Origin: a virus
Taxonomy: Duplodnaviria > Caudoviricetes
DNA length: 35,760 bases
Virus record (IMG/VR): IMGVR_UViG_3300032163_001294
Coordinates: 1 to 35,760 of that record
Direction: 5' to 3' (one strand)
This document shows, one piece after another, positions 26,501 through 33,667 of the stretch (positions are counted from its first letter, which is position 1; every line of letters starts with the position of its first letter). Below the pieces are notes generated by a model. The model searched no databases, had not been told where the DNA came from, and saw only the letters and a list, made by a program, of their open reading frames with translations. The position numbers and the translations under genes were made by a program.

Positions 26501-29500
26501 CGTGGCTATCGAGGTGGAGACAAGGGGAGGCGTTTACGAGGTCAAGAGCGCGTATGTTCTTAAAAAGAACCAGATCGAGAACAAAATAAAAAAGGCGGTT
26601 CAGCGGGGAGATCGCAACCTCCGGTCTGGGGAAATTCCCCATGGGGAAATCTCTGGCCAGGTGCTGGCCGGTCTCGCGAATCCGGCTTCCGCTTCAACGC
26701 CTTCTAAAGATAGTATACCCCCAGCCGGGGAAAAAGGCAAGGCGGGGGGGGCGACACAATACTCCCTCGGGGCGGATATCACCGGAAAAATCAGAGACCT
26801 ATTCCGGAAAGCGATTCAGCCCGGCCAGATGGCCAAAGAAGACAAGGTTGTCTATTCGCAAGTAAGCCCGGACGAAGCCGCCAGGATCAAGGAGAAAACC
26901 GGACTGGACGTGGAGGGATATTCACATTCAGTGGCGGGGTACGAGATAAAACACATTCACCGCGAACATGGTGATCCCGCAACCGAAGCGGCAAGAGGGC
27001 AAGCCCCAGTCACGGAAAAAGACGTCGCTGAAATAATCCCGGAAGTGGTGCGGTCATGGGATTCGGTTGAGTACGTGGGGAAAGGGCGCCTGGGGCTGGA
27101 TGGCGTTAGATACCAGAAACGGATCAACGGGGATATTTACGTTGTGGAGGAGATGCGGACTGGACGGAAGGAGCTTGCCCTGAAAACCGCATACAAAAAA
27201 ACGGCCACGGCGAAGAATGCACTCCTCGGCGAGGATCCTTCTTCTGAAACGCCCGAAGCGCTCCGTGGCGATTCCAATATACCCCCAGCCGGGGAAAAAG
27301 GCAAGCCCTCGCAAACCGACACGCCGGAGTTCAAACGCTGGTTTGGCGATTCCAAAGTGGTGGACAAAGAGGGGAAACCCCTGGTGGTTTATCACGGGAC
27401 AAGAAGTGATTTTACCTCATTCAAACCACGCGAATCCAGGAGTGTCCAAGGGGCGTATTTCTTCCACGAGGACGCTGATTTTGCCGGGTCCCCCGCATAT
27501 GCCGGGAATAACGGCGGCAATGTGATGCCCGCGTATTTATCAATACATAAACCTCATATCGCGGGTAATTTAAGTAGCAATCCCTTTTTGGAGGGGGGGG
27601 CGGTTTTTTACGCAAAAAATAATGGCTTCGACGGCGTCTACGTAAAAAAAGAAAATTATTGGATTGCCTTCTCCCCCACTCAGATCAAATCGGCCACTGG
27701 CAACCGGGGGACGTTCGATCCGGGGAACCCCGATATCAGGTACTCCAACATCCCCCCTGAATCCCCCCGTCAACGGGGGGAGCGAGGGGGCGGCGCCGCA
27801 TTGGGATCCTCGCGCCGCCAGTCTCTCCAGGAAATGGAGATAAACCGTCATCTGCCCGGCGGGGAGGCGGGGATCGCCAAACCCACCACCCCGGAGCATC
27901 TTGCCGCCCGAGACCTGGCCCGCCAGTTCGGGCTGGATACGGTCTTTTTCGAGAGCCGCAACCCGGAGGATAACCAGGTGCAGGGGTTTGTCCATCCCGG
28001 CGAGGAGGGGAAGATATACCTGAACACCAGGACGGTTGACCCCGCCTTGCGGGTGGCCGGGCATGAGGTGATCCATAGCCTCCGGAACAACCACCCTGAC
28101 CTGTACGAGAAACTTTCCGCCATCGCCGCCGAGGAGATATCCCCCGCCGACGTGGAGGCGCACCGGGCGAACCTGGAACGGCGGCTGGCCGGAGTCAGCG
28201 GGGAGAAAATCACGGTGGACGTGGCTCTGGAGGAGCTGACCGCCAACCGGGCCGGGGAGAGGATCCTTGATCCGGAGTTCCTGAACCGGATCAAGAAGGT
28301 GGATAAACCGCTGTACGACCGGGTGATCGAGGCGATTGAGCGGATTTTGAGCAAAATCCGGGAGATGATCGGTGGCGGAGAGGAATCAAACCCGGCGTTG
28401 AAGAGGACGGCGGACCGGCTGGATCAGGCTCTGGCGGAGACGCTGGTGGAGTTCGCCAACCGGAAGCCGGCGGCAAAAGAGTATTTTGAAAGCAAAAACG
28501 CCGTCCGGATGAGCTTGGCCGGGAAGCCGGGGAAGCCCTCACCTCTAAACAAACGGGAATGGGAGATCGTTCGTCATGCGGGGCGGATGGGGTTTTATCA
28601 GATGGAGACCAAAGGGATTACCGCCGAGCCGGAGTTCCAGAAGATTATGGAGACGGCCTTTGGGAAGAGCTACAAAGCCCTGGAAGAGCTTATGCCGAAG
28701 GTGTGGGCCGAAAGCCGGAGACAACAGGAGAAGTACCGTGAGGCCGAGAACAGGCGGCTGGAGGGTATCCAGAGGAGGAAAGACGGCCTGACGGCGGGGC
28801 AGAAACCGGACCGGCATGAGAAGATGGCCGAACTGGACAAGAAGGCGCTCGCCGCCAGGGATATTTTGAATTCCGAGTTCGGCAAGATGGCCAGCCGGTG
28901 GGCCAGGGAAGACCTGCGCGGGGCGATAAAAGACGCCGAAGCGGCGGATCGCCAGCAGGAGATGATGGATACGCTCCGGACGGCCCCACGGGAGGTCCGG
29001 GGAAGGATGGAGGTGCTGGCCAAGGTGAAGAACGTCCGGACGGCCAAAGACCTGGAGACGTTCCGTGCCCGGCTGGCGGATCTGGTGGATGATTGGCGGA
29101 GGCGGAACGCCATCGCGGGGATAAAAGACGAACTGAACCGTTCGAAGATCAAAATGGTCTCCGGCCGGCCGGTGAGCAGATACGGGCCGGGGGCGCAAAC
29201 CGTACTGGACACGTTGCGGTCCGCGTTTAACATGACCTCGGCGGGGGCGCGGAAACTGATCGACAAAAACCTGGAGACGCTGACGGACGAGCAGGGGCCG
29301 GGGGGGCTGCCGCTGGGAACGCTGATGGAGAACCGGGCGCTGGAGATCGCCGCTGGGCTGGACGGCAAATCGGTGGAAGACGTGTTGGGGATTTACGGGG
29401 ACATCGTCCACCTGAAACTGACGGGGGTTTTTCGCCGCGGTTTGGCGAAGATGGAGGCCGCCGCCGAGATCGACCGGACGGCCAGCGCCATCACCCGCGC

Positions 29501-31547
29501 CGTATCGGCCGTGGATCCGGGGGGGACGGCGGACCGGACGTTCGATCCGGAGAAGGAATGGGTTCCCCCCACGCTGGGGGGGAGGATTAAAAAACGGATC
29601 ACCGGGGGGATGGCCAGTTACATGGGCTGGCCTGATTTGGTGGAACGGCTGTTCCTCCACGAGAAGGCGGGGGAGCCGGGGCAAAAGGACGCGCTTGCCG
29701 CGCTGGACGTCCACGATACGAACAACGCCCAGAAAGCGGGGTTGATGGCCCGGAGCGACGAGATGAACGATGGGTTCCGGGAATCGTTTGGGCTGGCTTC
29801 CGACCGGGAGGTGGTGCGCAAAATCGTCAAGGATAGCTCCGGGAAGATCAACCTGGGGAGGTTCACGGACAACCGGGGGGAGACGCGGGCGTTGGAACTG
29901 ACCCGCGCCCAGTTGCGGAAACGCTGGATGGAGATGAAAGACCCGGACCTGATGACGACATACGTCCAGGGGATGGGGTACACCGGGGAGATGATCGGCG
30001 CCATCGAGAAGGCCCTGACGAAACAGGATAAGGCCTGGGCGGAATGGCAACTGAAATTTTACGCGAAATATTACGGAGCGGTGAACGCGGTTTACTCGGA
30101 AATGAACGGGGTGAACTTGCCAAAAAATGAGTTCTACTCCCCCATCCGGCGGGAAGGGTTTGGCGGCGCCGGGGCGGAGTTTGAATGGCTGGCCGACGTG
30201 AAACAGAGGACTTCGATCAGCAAAGGATCGATGAAAAGCCGGGTGCGGACCGACCTGAAGATCGCCGCGCAAAACGACGTGGACGTGTTGCAACGGCATA
30301 TCGCGGAGATGGAACATTACGTGGCGTGGGCGGAGAAGATGCGGACGTTGAACGGCGTCTTCGCCAAAGGGGAGACGCGGGCGGCCATCATCAGATATCG
30401 GGGGATGGCGGAATGGCAAGAGATCAGCCGGTTTTTGACGGACATGACCAGGGGCGGGGCGGAGATAACCCAACTGGGGGGGAGACTGGAGAAATACCGG
30501 CAACGGTTCGTCACGTCGGTACTGGCTCTCAAACCCTCCATCGCCTTTAAACAGCTCGTCTCTATGCCGGCCATGGCGGAGACGGTCCCGGTGGCGTCGT
30601 TCGCCAAGGGGGTGGCGGGCTTTCTGGCGCATCCGGTGGCCAACGCCAGGGAGATGATGGCGGCCAGCCCATATCTGCGGAACCGGTATGGAGGGATGGA
30701 CATAGAGCGGGATATCCGGGCGGCGGTGAAAAGCGATAAATACGGCGCGTGGCGGAAGAATAAAAACTGGATCAACACCCTGATGATGAATATCGAGTTG
30801 GGGGACAAAGCGGCGGTGTTCCCCGGTGGGTGGGCGGTGTATAAACACAACCTGGCGTTGGGGAAGACGAGAACCCAGGCGATCCGGGAGATGGAGATTG
30901 TGATCGACCGGACGATGCAATCGGCCGACCTGAGCCGGATGAGCCGGTATCAGCGGAGCGATAGCCCGCTGACCCGGATGTTCACGATGTTCCTTAGCCA
31001 GCCGCTACAGCAGGCCCAACGGGAGCTACTGGCCGTCCAGAAAATCACCACGGGGAAAGAGGGGCTGGCCCAGACGGCCAAAACCATAGCGATAATGCAC
31101 GTGGTGTTGCCCACCATACTTCAGCTTGTGGCTAATTTTGGGCGGTGGGATTGGGAGGACGAGAAACGGGCGGCCATAATCGGGCCGTTGAACGGGTATT
31201 TCATGGCGGGGCTTATGGCGGAAGCGTTCGTGGGCGGGGCGATGGGCGGCGGCCAGGGAGGGGAACTGGGGCTGGCCAGGGCGGCCAGGGACGCGGGGCG
31301 GACGGCCAAACTGGCGGCCGATTGGGTGGCCGGGGAGGAGTTTGACGACGAGGATTATTACCGGGCCTGGCGGCTGGCGGCGGGGACGGCGGGGGTGGTC
31401 TCCGGGGCGCCGGTCAGGACGGTGATGGACATGGCCCAGGGGATAAAGAAGCTGGTGAGACCGGAGGAGGAGGGGGACACGGAGGAAGGCGCCGCGCTGG
31501 CCCTGGGGTTCCCTCCCGGCGTGGCGAAGAAAGCGGCGGGGGATTAA
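23505..31547 (+). CDS. Giant polyvalent (probably injected) protein: GGDEF-like, two BECR/PBECR-type nuclease, ART-like and zincin domains, helical C-terminus
   Basis: 2680 aa; RHGGDEF (GGDEF at 25134-25148); EKHPE...KSAY and IKHIHREHG...LKTAYK domains; FKRWFGDSKVVD...PLVVYHGT; HEVIH (28062-28076) with downstream EE. Confidence 0.85.
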   Translation: MGIFDDVPVIEPSQTGERDFAGLFDDVPALQTSQTPHDTEWKDSVLRLYNMPSRGMFDDIPALDPPQAGWKKTITAIPEEIYYGGKQALGGLARMAGETSISDIDSAINPMAPVGRMFRKAALGDQNYSEKPISPDLGLAGGEMAREATADLSRVTPKDQSMLQQMASAAGVSFGQMIPGAIAAMATKSPAVLAASFGVQQTGQSYQEAREAGKPVRESQTFAGRQGIIEAGSEYLPAQAVFKVGSPAFKYLVDIIAREVPGELVANIGQSVNAYIEGLRPETTVGDLISNIATKELPVTAGAAVLGSVMQGGGGKLVGKALGVGSPPPQAQAGGAAAPEPSASEERAPETPPAPTINEEITRRAMEAARAKVEDLLAQKETEAQQAQPQPETTPPTDKGVAAPVDSAGAVQEPPSTTGATPAPEPALFPSEAELRVKRHGELTTKHGLTPEAAEDFKPTERPDVVTGFHATQDRAPTVKRAIEHVAATGEKAFYIDTDIMNLGGLNEALGSNEKANPYYRMISDTWSEKLRALGANVQFFRHGGDEFSAVIIGKDVTEPQINLALDQASDYIKGKIKEAGLEETDHPKHKGDPGYRGVDITYGVSEITPTAKLDEIFTGADSKTASRKKERISVRRKQVDEAGAVASEGRSGGATKGPGQEHSRGQREGRILPPRTGGPEEEGPAGAQQLGPSTPPQAPKGGASPVIPNIPNAKASHTQAQVAAERAARTNVTEHDSALSMIRKLGGVRFDDPLLKDMLGQLGLTRNSPEARSIIRQDGLTIHKLMERMSGYVNDPATMRDGEWHDQKDFFDWLEKDTGRRGYTNEEVKSRADRAGEAQRRAMINTPSGVRELADSVIRKPLYQWGETEMSRAEEEGARRKLIEAEVETAVEREAIRNEDSAPDNVPVEVAPGVRFSMAEEKDIKVKTPSGIFRLLGIKEAPVRADPARLYEKHPEAFTSIDGVVPFIEHVLERPDYKTAGMLPTTRLLVRRNGKDTAVAIEVETRGGVYEVKSAYVLKKNQIENKIKKAVQRGDRNLRSGEIPHGEISGQVLAGLANPASASTPSKDSIPPAGEKGKAGGATQYSLGADITGKIRDLFRKAIQPGQMAKEDKVVYSQVSPDEAARIKEKTGLDVEGYSHSVAGYEIKHIHREHGDPATEAARGQAPVTEKDVAEIIPEVVRSWDSVEYVGKGRLGLDGVRYQKRINGDIYVVEEMRTGRKELALKTAYKKTATAKNALLGEDPSSETPEALRGDSNIPPAGEKGKPSQTDTPEFKRWFGDSKVVDKEGKPLVVYHGTRSDFTSFKPRESRSVQGAYFFHEDADFAGSPAYAGNNGGNVMPAYLSIHKPHIAGNLSSNPFLEGGAVFYAKNNGFDGVYVKKENYWIAFSPTQIKSATGNRGTFDPGNPDIRYSNIPPESPRQRGERGGGAALGSSRRQSLQEMEINRHLPGGEAGIAKPTTPEHLAARDLARQFGLDTVFFESRNPEDNQVQGFVHPGEEGKIYLNTRTVDPALRVAGHEVIHSLRNNHPDLYEKLSAIAAEEISPADVEAHRANLERRLAGVSGEKITVDVALEELTANRAGERILDPEFLNRIKKVDKPLYDRVIEAIERILSKIREMIGGGEESNPALKRTADRLDQALAETLVEFANRKPAAKEYFESKNAVRMSLAGKPGKPSPLNKREWEIVRHAGRMGFYQMETKGITAEPEFQKIMETAFGKSYKALEELMPKVWAESRRQQEKYREAENRRLEGIQRRKDGLTAGQKPDRHEKMAELDKKALAARDILNSEFGKMASRWAREDLRGAIKDAEAADRQQEMMDTLRTAPREVRGRMEVLAKVKNVRTAKDLETFRARLADLVDDWRRRNAIAGIKDELNRSKIKMVSGRPVSRYGPGAQTVLDTLRSAFNMTSAGARKLIDKNLETLTDEQGPGGLPLGTLMENRALEIAAGLDGKSVEDVLGIYGDIVHLKLTGVFRRGLAKMEAAAEIDRTASAITRAVSAVDPGGTADRTFDPEKEWVPPTLGGRIKKRITGGMASYMGWPDLVERLFLHEKAGEPGQKDALAALDVHDTNNAQKAGLMARSDEMNDGFRESFGLASDREVVRKIVKDSSGKINLGRFTDNRGETRALELTRAQLRKRWMEMKDPDLMTTYVQGMGYTGEMIGAIEKALTKQDKAWAEWQLKFYAKYYGAVNAVYSEMNGVNLPKNEFYSPIRREGFGGAGAEFEWLADVKQRTSISKGSMKSRVRTDLKIAAQNDVDVLQRHIAEMEHYVAWAEKMRTLNGVFAKGETRAAIIRYRGMAEWQEISRFLTDMTRGGAEITQLGGRLEKYRQRFVTSVLALKPSIAFKQLVSMPAMAETVPVASFAKGVAGFLAHPVANAREMMAASPYLRNRYGGMDIERDIRAAVKSDKYGAWRKNKNWINTLMMNIELGDKAAVFPGGWAVYKHNLALGKTRTQAIREMEIVIDRTMQSADLSRMSRYQRSDSPLTRMFTMFLSQPLQQAQRELLAVQKITTGKEGLAQTAKTIAIMHVVLPTILQLVANFGRWDWEDEKRAAIIGPLNGYFMAGLMAEAFVGGAMGGGQGGELGLARAARDAGRTAKLAADWVAGEEFDDEDYYRAWRLAAGTAGVVSGAPVRTVMDMAQGIKKLVRPEEEGDTEEGAALALGFPPGVAKKAAGD
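25405..25578 (+). CDS. Putative overprinted 57-aa protein in the +1 frame of the polyvalent gene
   Basis: AAGGAGAGG RBS then GTG; MSDESRLMRLGLWHLRDDPEELQKALDKNIAEDNARVESYHREQEAQKKKARQAPNN. Confidence 0.55.
   Translation: MSDESRLMRLGLWHLRDDPEELQKALDKNIAEDNARVESYHREQEAQKKKARQAPNN
26583..26705 (-). ncRNA. Putative antisense structured small RNA 1 (about 115-120 nt)
   Basis: Upstream promoter, 5'/3' closing stem, three internal hairpins, terminal U-tract. Confidence 0.6.
26712..26740 (-). promoter_or_regulatory. Antisense sigma70 promoter, copy 1
   Basis: TTGCCT-17 nt-TATACT. Confidence 0.75.
27195..27269 (-). ncRNA. Putative antisense structured small RNA 2 (about 75 nt)
   Basis: Upstream promoter, GCCACGG/CCGTGGC closing stem, two internal arms, U7 tail. 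Confidence 0.65.
27276..27304 (-). promoter_or_regulatory. Antisense sigma70 promoter, copy 2
   Basis: TTGCCT-17 nt-TATATT; 28 bp identical to copy 1. Confidence 0.75.
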
Positions 31548-31584
31548 GTTTCAATCCTCGCCCGGTCCGGAGACCGGGCGAATG
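31548..31584 (-). CRISPR. Solitary CRISPR-repeat-like unit (no array, no cas genes)
   Basis: CATTCGCCCGGTCTCCGGACCGGGCGAGGATTGAAAC: 37 nt, 10-bp hairpin, canonical GATTGAAAC 3' end. Confidence 0.65.
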
Positions 31585-31710
31585 GTATTCTCCTGTTTTC
31601 TTATTAGTGTGGCAACCTTTGGAATCCGTCCCCCCGCCATGGGCCAGAGCGAAAGGAACGGTGGCCGCGAAGGAGAAAAGAACCAGGAGAAAGAAAAGAA
31701 AGTTTTTCAT
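31582..31710 (-). pseudogene. Truncated YHYH-domain secreted protein
   Basis: Signal peptide plus AHGGGTDSKGCHTNKKTGEYH; similarity stops at the CRISPR-like repeat, where the family normally continues YHCH. Confidence 0.6.
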
Positions 31711-31767
31711 GGCGCCACGCTATATCCTTGTCCCCTTGAAATATTCCGTATAGCGCCCCATTATCCC

Positions 31768-32580
31768 CTAATTCTCCCGGCTTGCCTTCCTGGGATAGCG
31801 AGACATAGACCCGCCGCGATCACCCGCGGTGTTTTTGTTTTTTTCCAGAATGATTTTGTGCTCATCGCCAGCCACGGTTATGACAAGCTCCAGTGGTTCG
31901 GGACCAATCAAAGAAAATATTCGCCCATGATGTTCCGATCCAGGGCGAAGCTTGATTGGCCGTAACGCAAGGAGGTTATTAATTGCGATTTCATTCTGTA
32001 TCTCGGCGGCCTCTATCGCCATACCCATGGCCATAGCTCCCATCATCGAGGCGGCGTAATTGGGTTGTTGTTGGTAATAGGAGCTTCCGGCGTATGTATA
32101 GCTTGTTGGAGTAGTTTGATAAATGGAGCCGTAAGTGAATGAGTTGACCGGGCTTGGGTTGGAATAACTATACATAGACGCGGCGGACTGAAACGCGCTT
32201 GCCGAAGCAAGAGCGCTCGTTGAAGTTTGTCCGTGGGCGAGGTAAACCGCGTCTGCGGGAGATAGCAGGCGCAATGTGGAATTCTTCGCGTCAAACAACT
32301 CGATATTCTCGGGGGAGACAACGGCGGCGCCGGTATTGTTGGTGATTTTAATATCAAGCCGGCAATACTTTTGTTTTCCATCCAAAGCAAAAAGCCACGC
32401 CCCCACCTCGACCGACGATCCCACCTTTTCGCTTTTGGCGGAATTGAAATAGAACAAGTCTTTCAAGGGGAAGTGATTTTTGTTGGCGTTGGTTTCGTAA
32501 TCCGGGGATTTCAAGTGGGTCACCGACACGCAGGAGATAAACGCGAGAAGACATATCGGGATAATAGACAGACGGCGCAT
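31768..32580 (-). CDS. Lipoprotein, unknown function (possible superinfection exclusion/moron)
   Basis: MRRLSIIPICLLAFISC lipoprotein signal, GGAGGG RBS, own promoter, lower GC. Confidence 0.75.
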   Translation of the reverse strand: MRRLSIIPICLLAFISCVSVTHLKSPDYETNANKNHFPLKDLFYFNSAKSEKVGSSVEVGAWLFALDGKQKYCRLDIKITNNTGAAVVSPENIELFDAKNSTLRLLSPADAVYLAHGQTSTSALASASAFQSAASMYSYSNPSPVNSFTYGSIYQTTPTSYTYAGSSYYQQQPNYAASMMGAMAMGMAIEAAEIQNEIAINNLLALRPIKLRPGSEHHGRIFSLIGPEPLELVITVAGDEHKIILEKNKNTAGDRGGSMSRYPRKASREN

Positions 32581-32623
32581 GATACCCTCCAAATAATCCC
32601 CGGAATCCCCTCTTGATGGTAAG

Positions 32624-32652
32624 AATATACGCCAGAGCGGAGGGAATGTCAA
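32624..32652 (-). promoter_or_regulatory. Near-consensus sigma70 promoter for the lipoprotein moron
   Basis: TTGACA-17 nt-TATATT. Confidence 0.8.
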
Positions 32653-32664
32653 GGGGGAGAGTGG

Positions 32665-32934
32665 CTATCGGTATACGTCTTTGCGGTGGCCGATCCGGAC
32701 AACCAACACGACGAGTTCAGAGTCCCGCATCTGGCAAAGAACGCGATAATCCCCCACCCTGTACTTCCATAGCGGACCGAATTTTGGACCTTTGAGGGCT
32801 TCGCCCAAGCTTCGCGGATCCTCAACCGGCGCCAGGCGAGCCGTCAGAAACTGGAGAATCCTTCTTGATACCCGCCTGTCCAGCTTGGCCAAGGCTTGGC
32901 GGGACGAGGATGACAACTCAATCGTCCAGGCCAA
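32665..32934 (-). CDS. relE: RelE/StbE-family toxin
   Basis: DPRSLGEALKG...WKYRVGDYRV...IGHRKDVYR. Confidence 0.93.
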   Translation of the reverse strand: MAWTIELSSSSRQALAKLDRRVSRRILQFLTARLAPVEDPRSLGEALKGPKFGPLWKYRVGDYRVLCQMRDSELVVLVVRIGHRKDVYR

Positions 32935-33142
32935 GCTCTTTGGAAACCTCCTCTATCGTGTATGTGCGGCTACGCCCGGTGCGGATATTTTCAATCTCCT
33001 TCTCGGCCAAGTAAATATCCTCAAGGTCGTCTATGTACCCGAGGATGGCCACGCGGGCATAATAAGTCTTGGTCCGGCCGGTCCTTTTGGCCAGTTTGTC
33101 CAGGCGTTTTTCTATATCGGCGGGCAACCTTATTCCAAGCAT
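32918..33142 (-). CDS. Ribbon-helix-helix antitoxin (RelB/CopG-like)
   Basis: MLGIRLPADIEKRLDKLAKRTGRTKTYY, acidic C-terminus; overlaps the toxin start. Confidence 0.9.
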   Translation of the reverse strand: MLGIRLPADIEKRLDKLAKRTGRTKTYYARVAILGYIDDLEDIYLAEKEIENIRTGRSRTYTIEEVSKELGLDD

Positions 33143-33156
33143 ACAGAATCCTCCAT

Positions 33157-33198
33157 GCTAAACACGTTTAGCCTAATCCGCGCGGGACGGAGAGTCAA
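33157..33198 (-). promoter_or_regulatory. Toxin-antitoxin promoter with autoregulatory operator
   Basis: TTGACT-17 nt-TAGGCT; palindrome GCTAAAC-AC-GTTTAGC (33157-33172); GGAGG RBS. Confidence 0.75.
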
Positions 33199-33199
33199 G

Positions 33200-33667
33200 T
33201 CATTTCCCCCTCTTCCGCCCCAAAGCTTCCATCACCTCCAGGGCTGTTTTAACGTCCTCATCCTCCATCAAGTCAAAAATTTTCCTGATTCGTTGCAGGG
33301 CTTCGGCTCGGATATCTTTTTCCCCCGCCTTGACCGCTTGGGGGAAGAGCGCGTCATCGAAAGTCAGGTGACTTGCCGCCTTCTCGGCGAACTCGGCGGT
33401 TCCGATATTCGCTTTGTCTTCGCCCAGGAGGAACAGCGCAGGGTCGCAATCGGTCGCCTCTACTATCTTTTTGATGGTCTCGCGGCTTGGCTTGTTATGC
33501 CCTTTTTCCAAAAGATTGAGACTGGACGGGGATATCCCTATTTTTTTCGCAAATTCATATTGTTTATAACCCAAAGATTTCCTTAAGGTTACGATCCTTC
33601 CGCCTAAATAATTAAGGCTAGGCTCATTTTTTTCTTGACTATTCTTTAGGTTAGGCGCAATATTCAT
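33200..33667 (-). CDS. XRE-family HTH repressor (CI-like, no S24 peptidase domain)
   Basis: LRKSLGYKQYEFAKKIGISPSSLNLLEKG..KPS HTH; divergent from the early operon; start uncertain. Confidence 0.85.
   Translation of the reverse strand: MNIAPNLKNSQEKNEPSLNYLGGRIVTLRKSLGYKQYEFAKKIGISPSSLNLLEKGHNKPSRETIKKIVEATDCDPALFLLGEDKANIGTAEFAEKAASHLTFDDALFPQAVKAGEKDIRAEALQRIRKIFDLMEDEDVKTALEVMEALGRKRGK
33635..33664 (+). promoter_or_regulatory. Candidate early rightward promoter
   Basis: TTGACT-18 nt-AATATT (or 17 nt-CAATAT), inside the 5' end of the repressor ORF. Confidence 0.5.

Noticed and set aside
27741-27774. Third antisense promoter after the ART-like domain (linker NIPPESPRQ)
   Set aside because: A TTGACG -35 is present on the minus strand but there is no acceptable -10 at 16-18 nt and no closing-stem RNA; at most a decayed copy
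28545-30920. 791-aa minus-strand ORF and other long antisense ORFs (e.g. 21606-22922, 17255-18397)
   Set aside because: Shadow frames of GC-rich plus-strand genes, with no recognisable motifs
31618-31653. Second degenerate CRISPR repeat 70 bp from the solitary repeat, which would make a mini-array
   Set aside because: The spacing is suggestive, but identity is only about 21/36 with a gap, the hairpin and GAAAC end are lost, and the sequence is explained by YHYH coding
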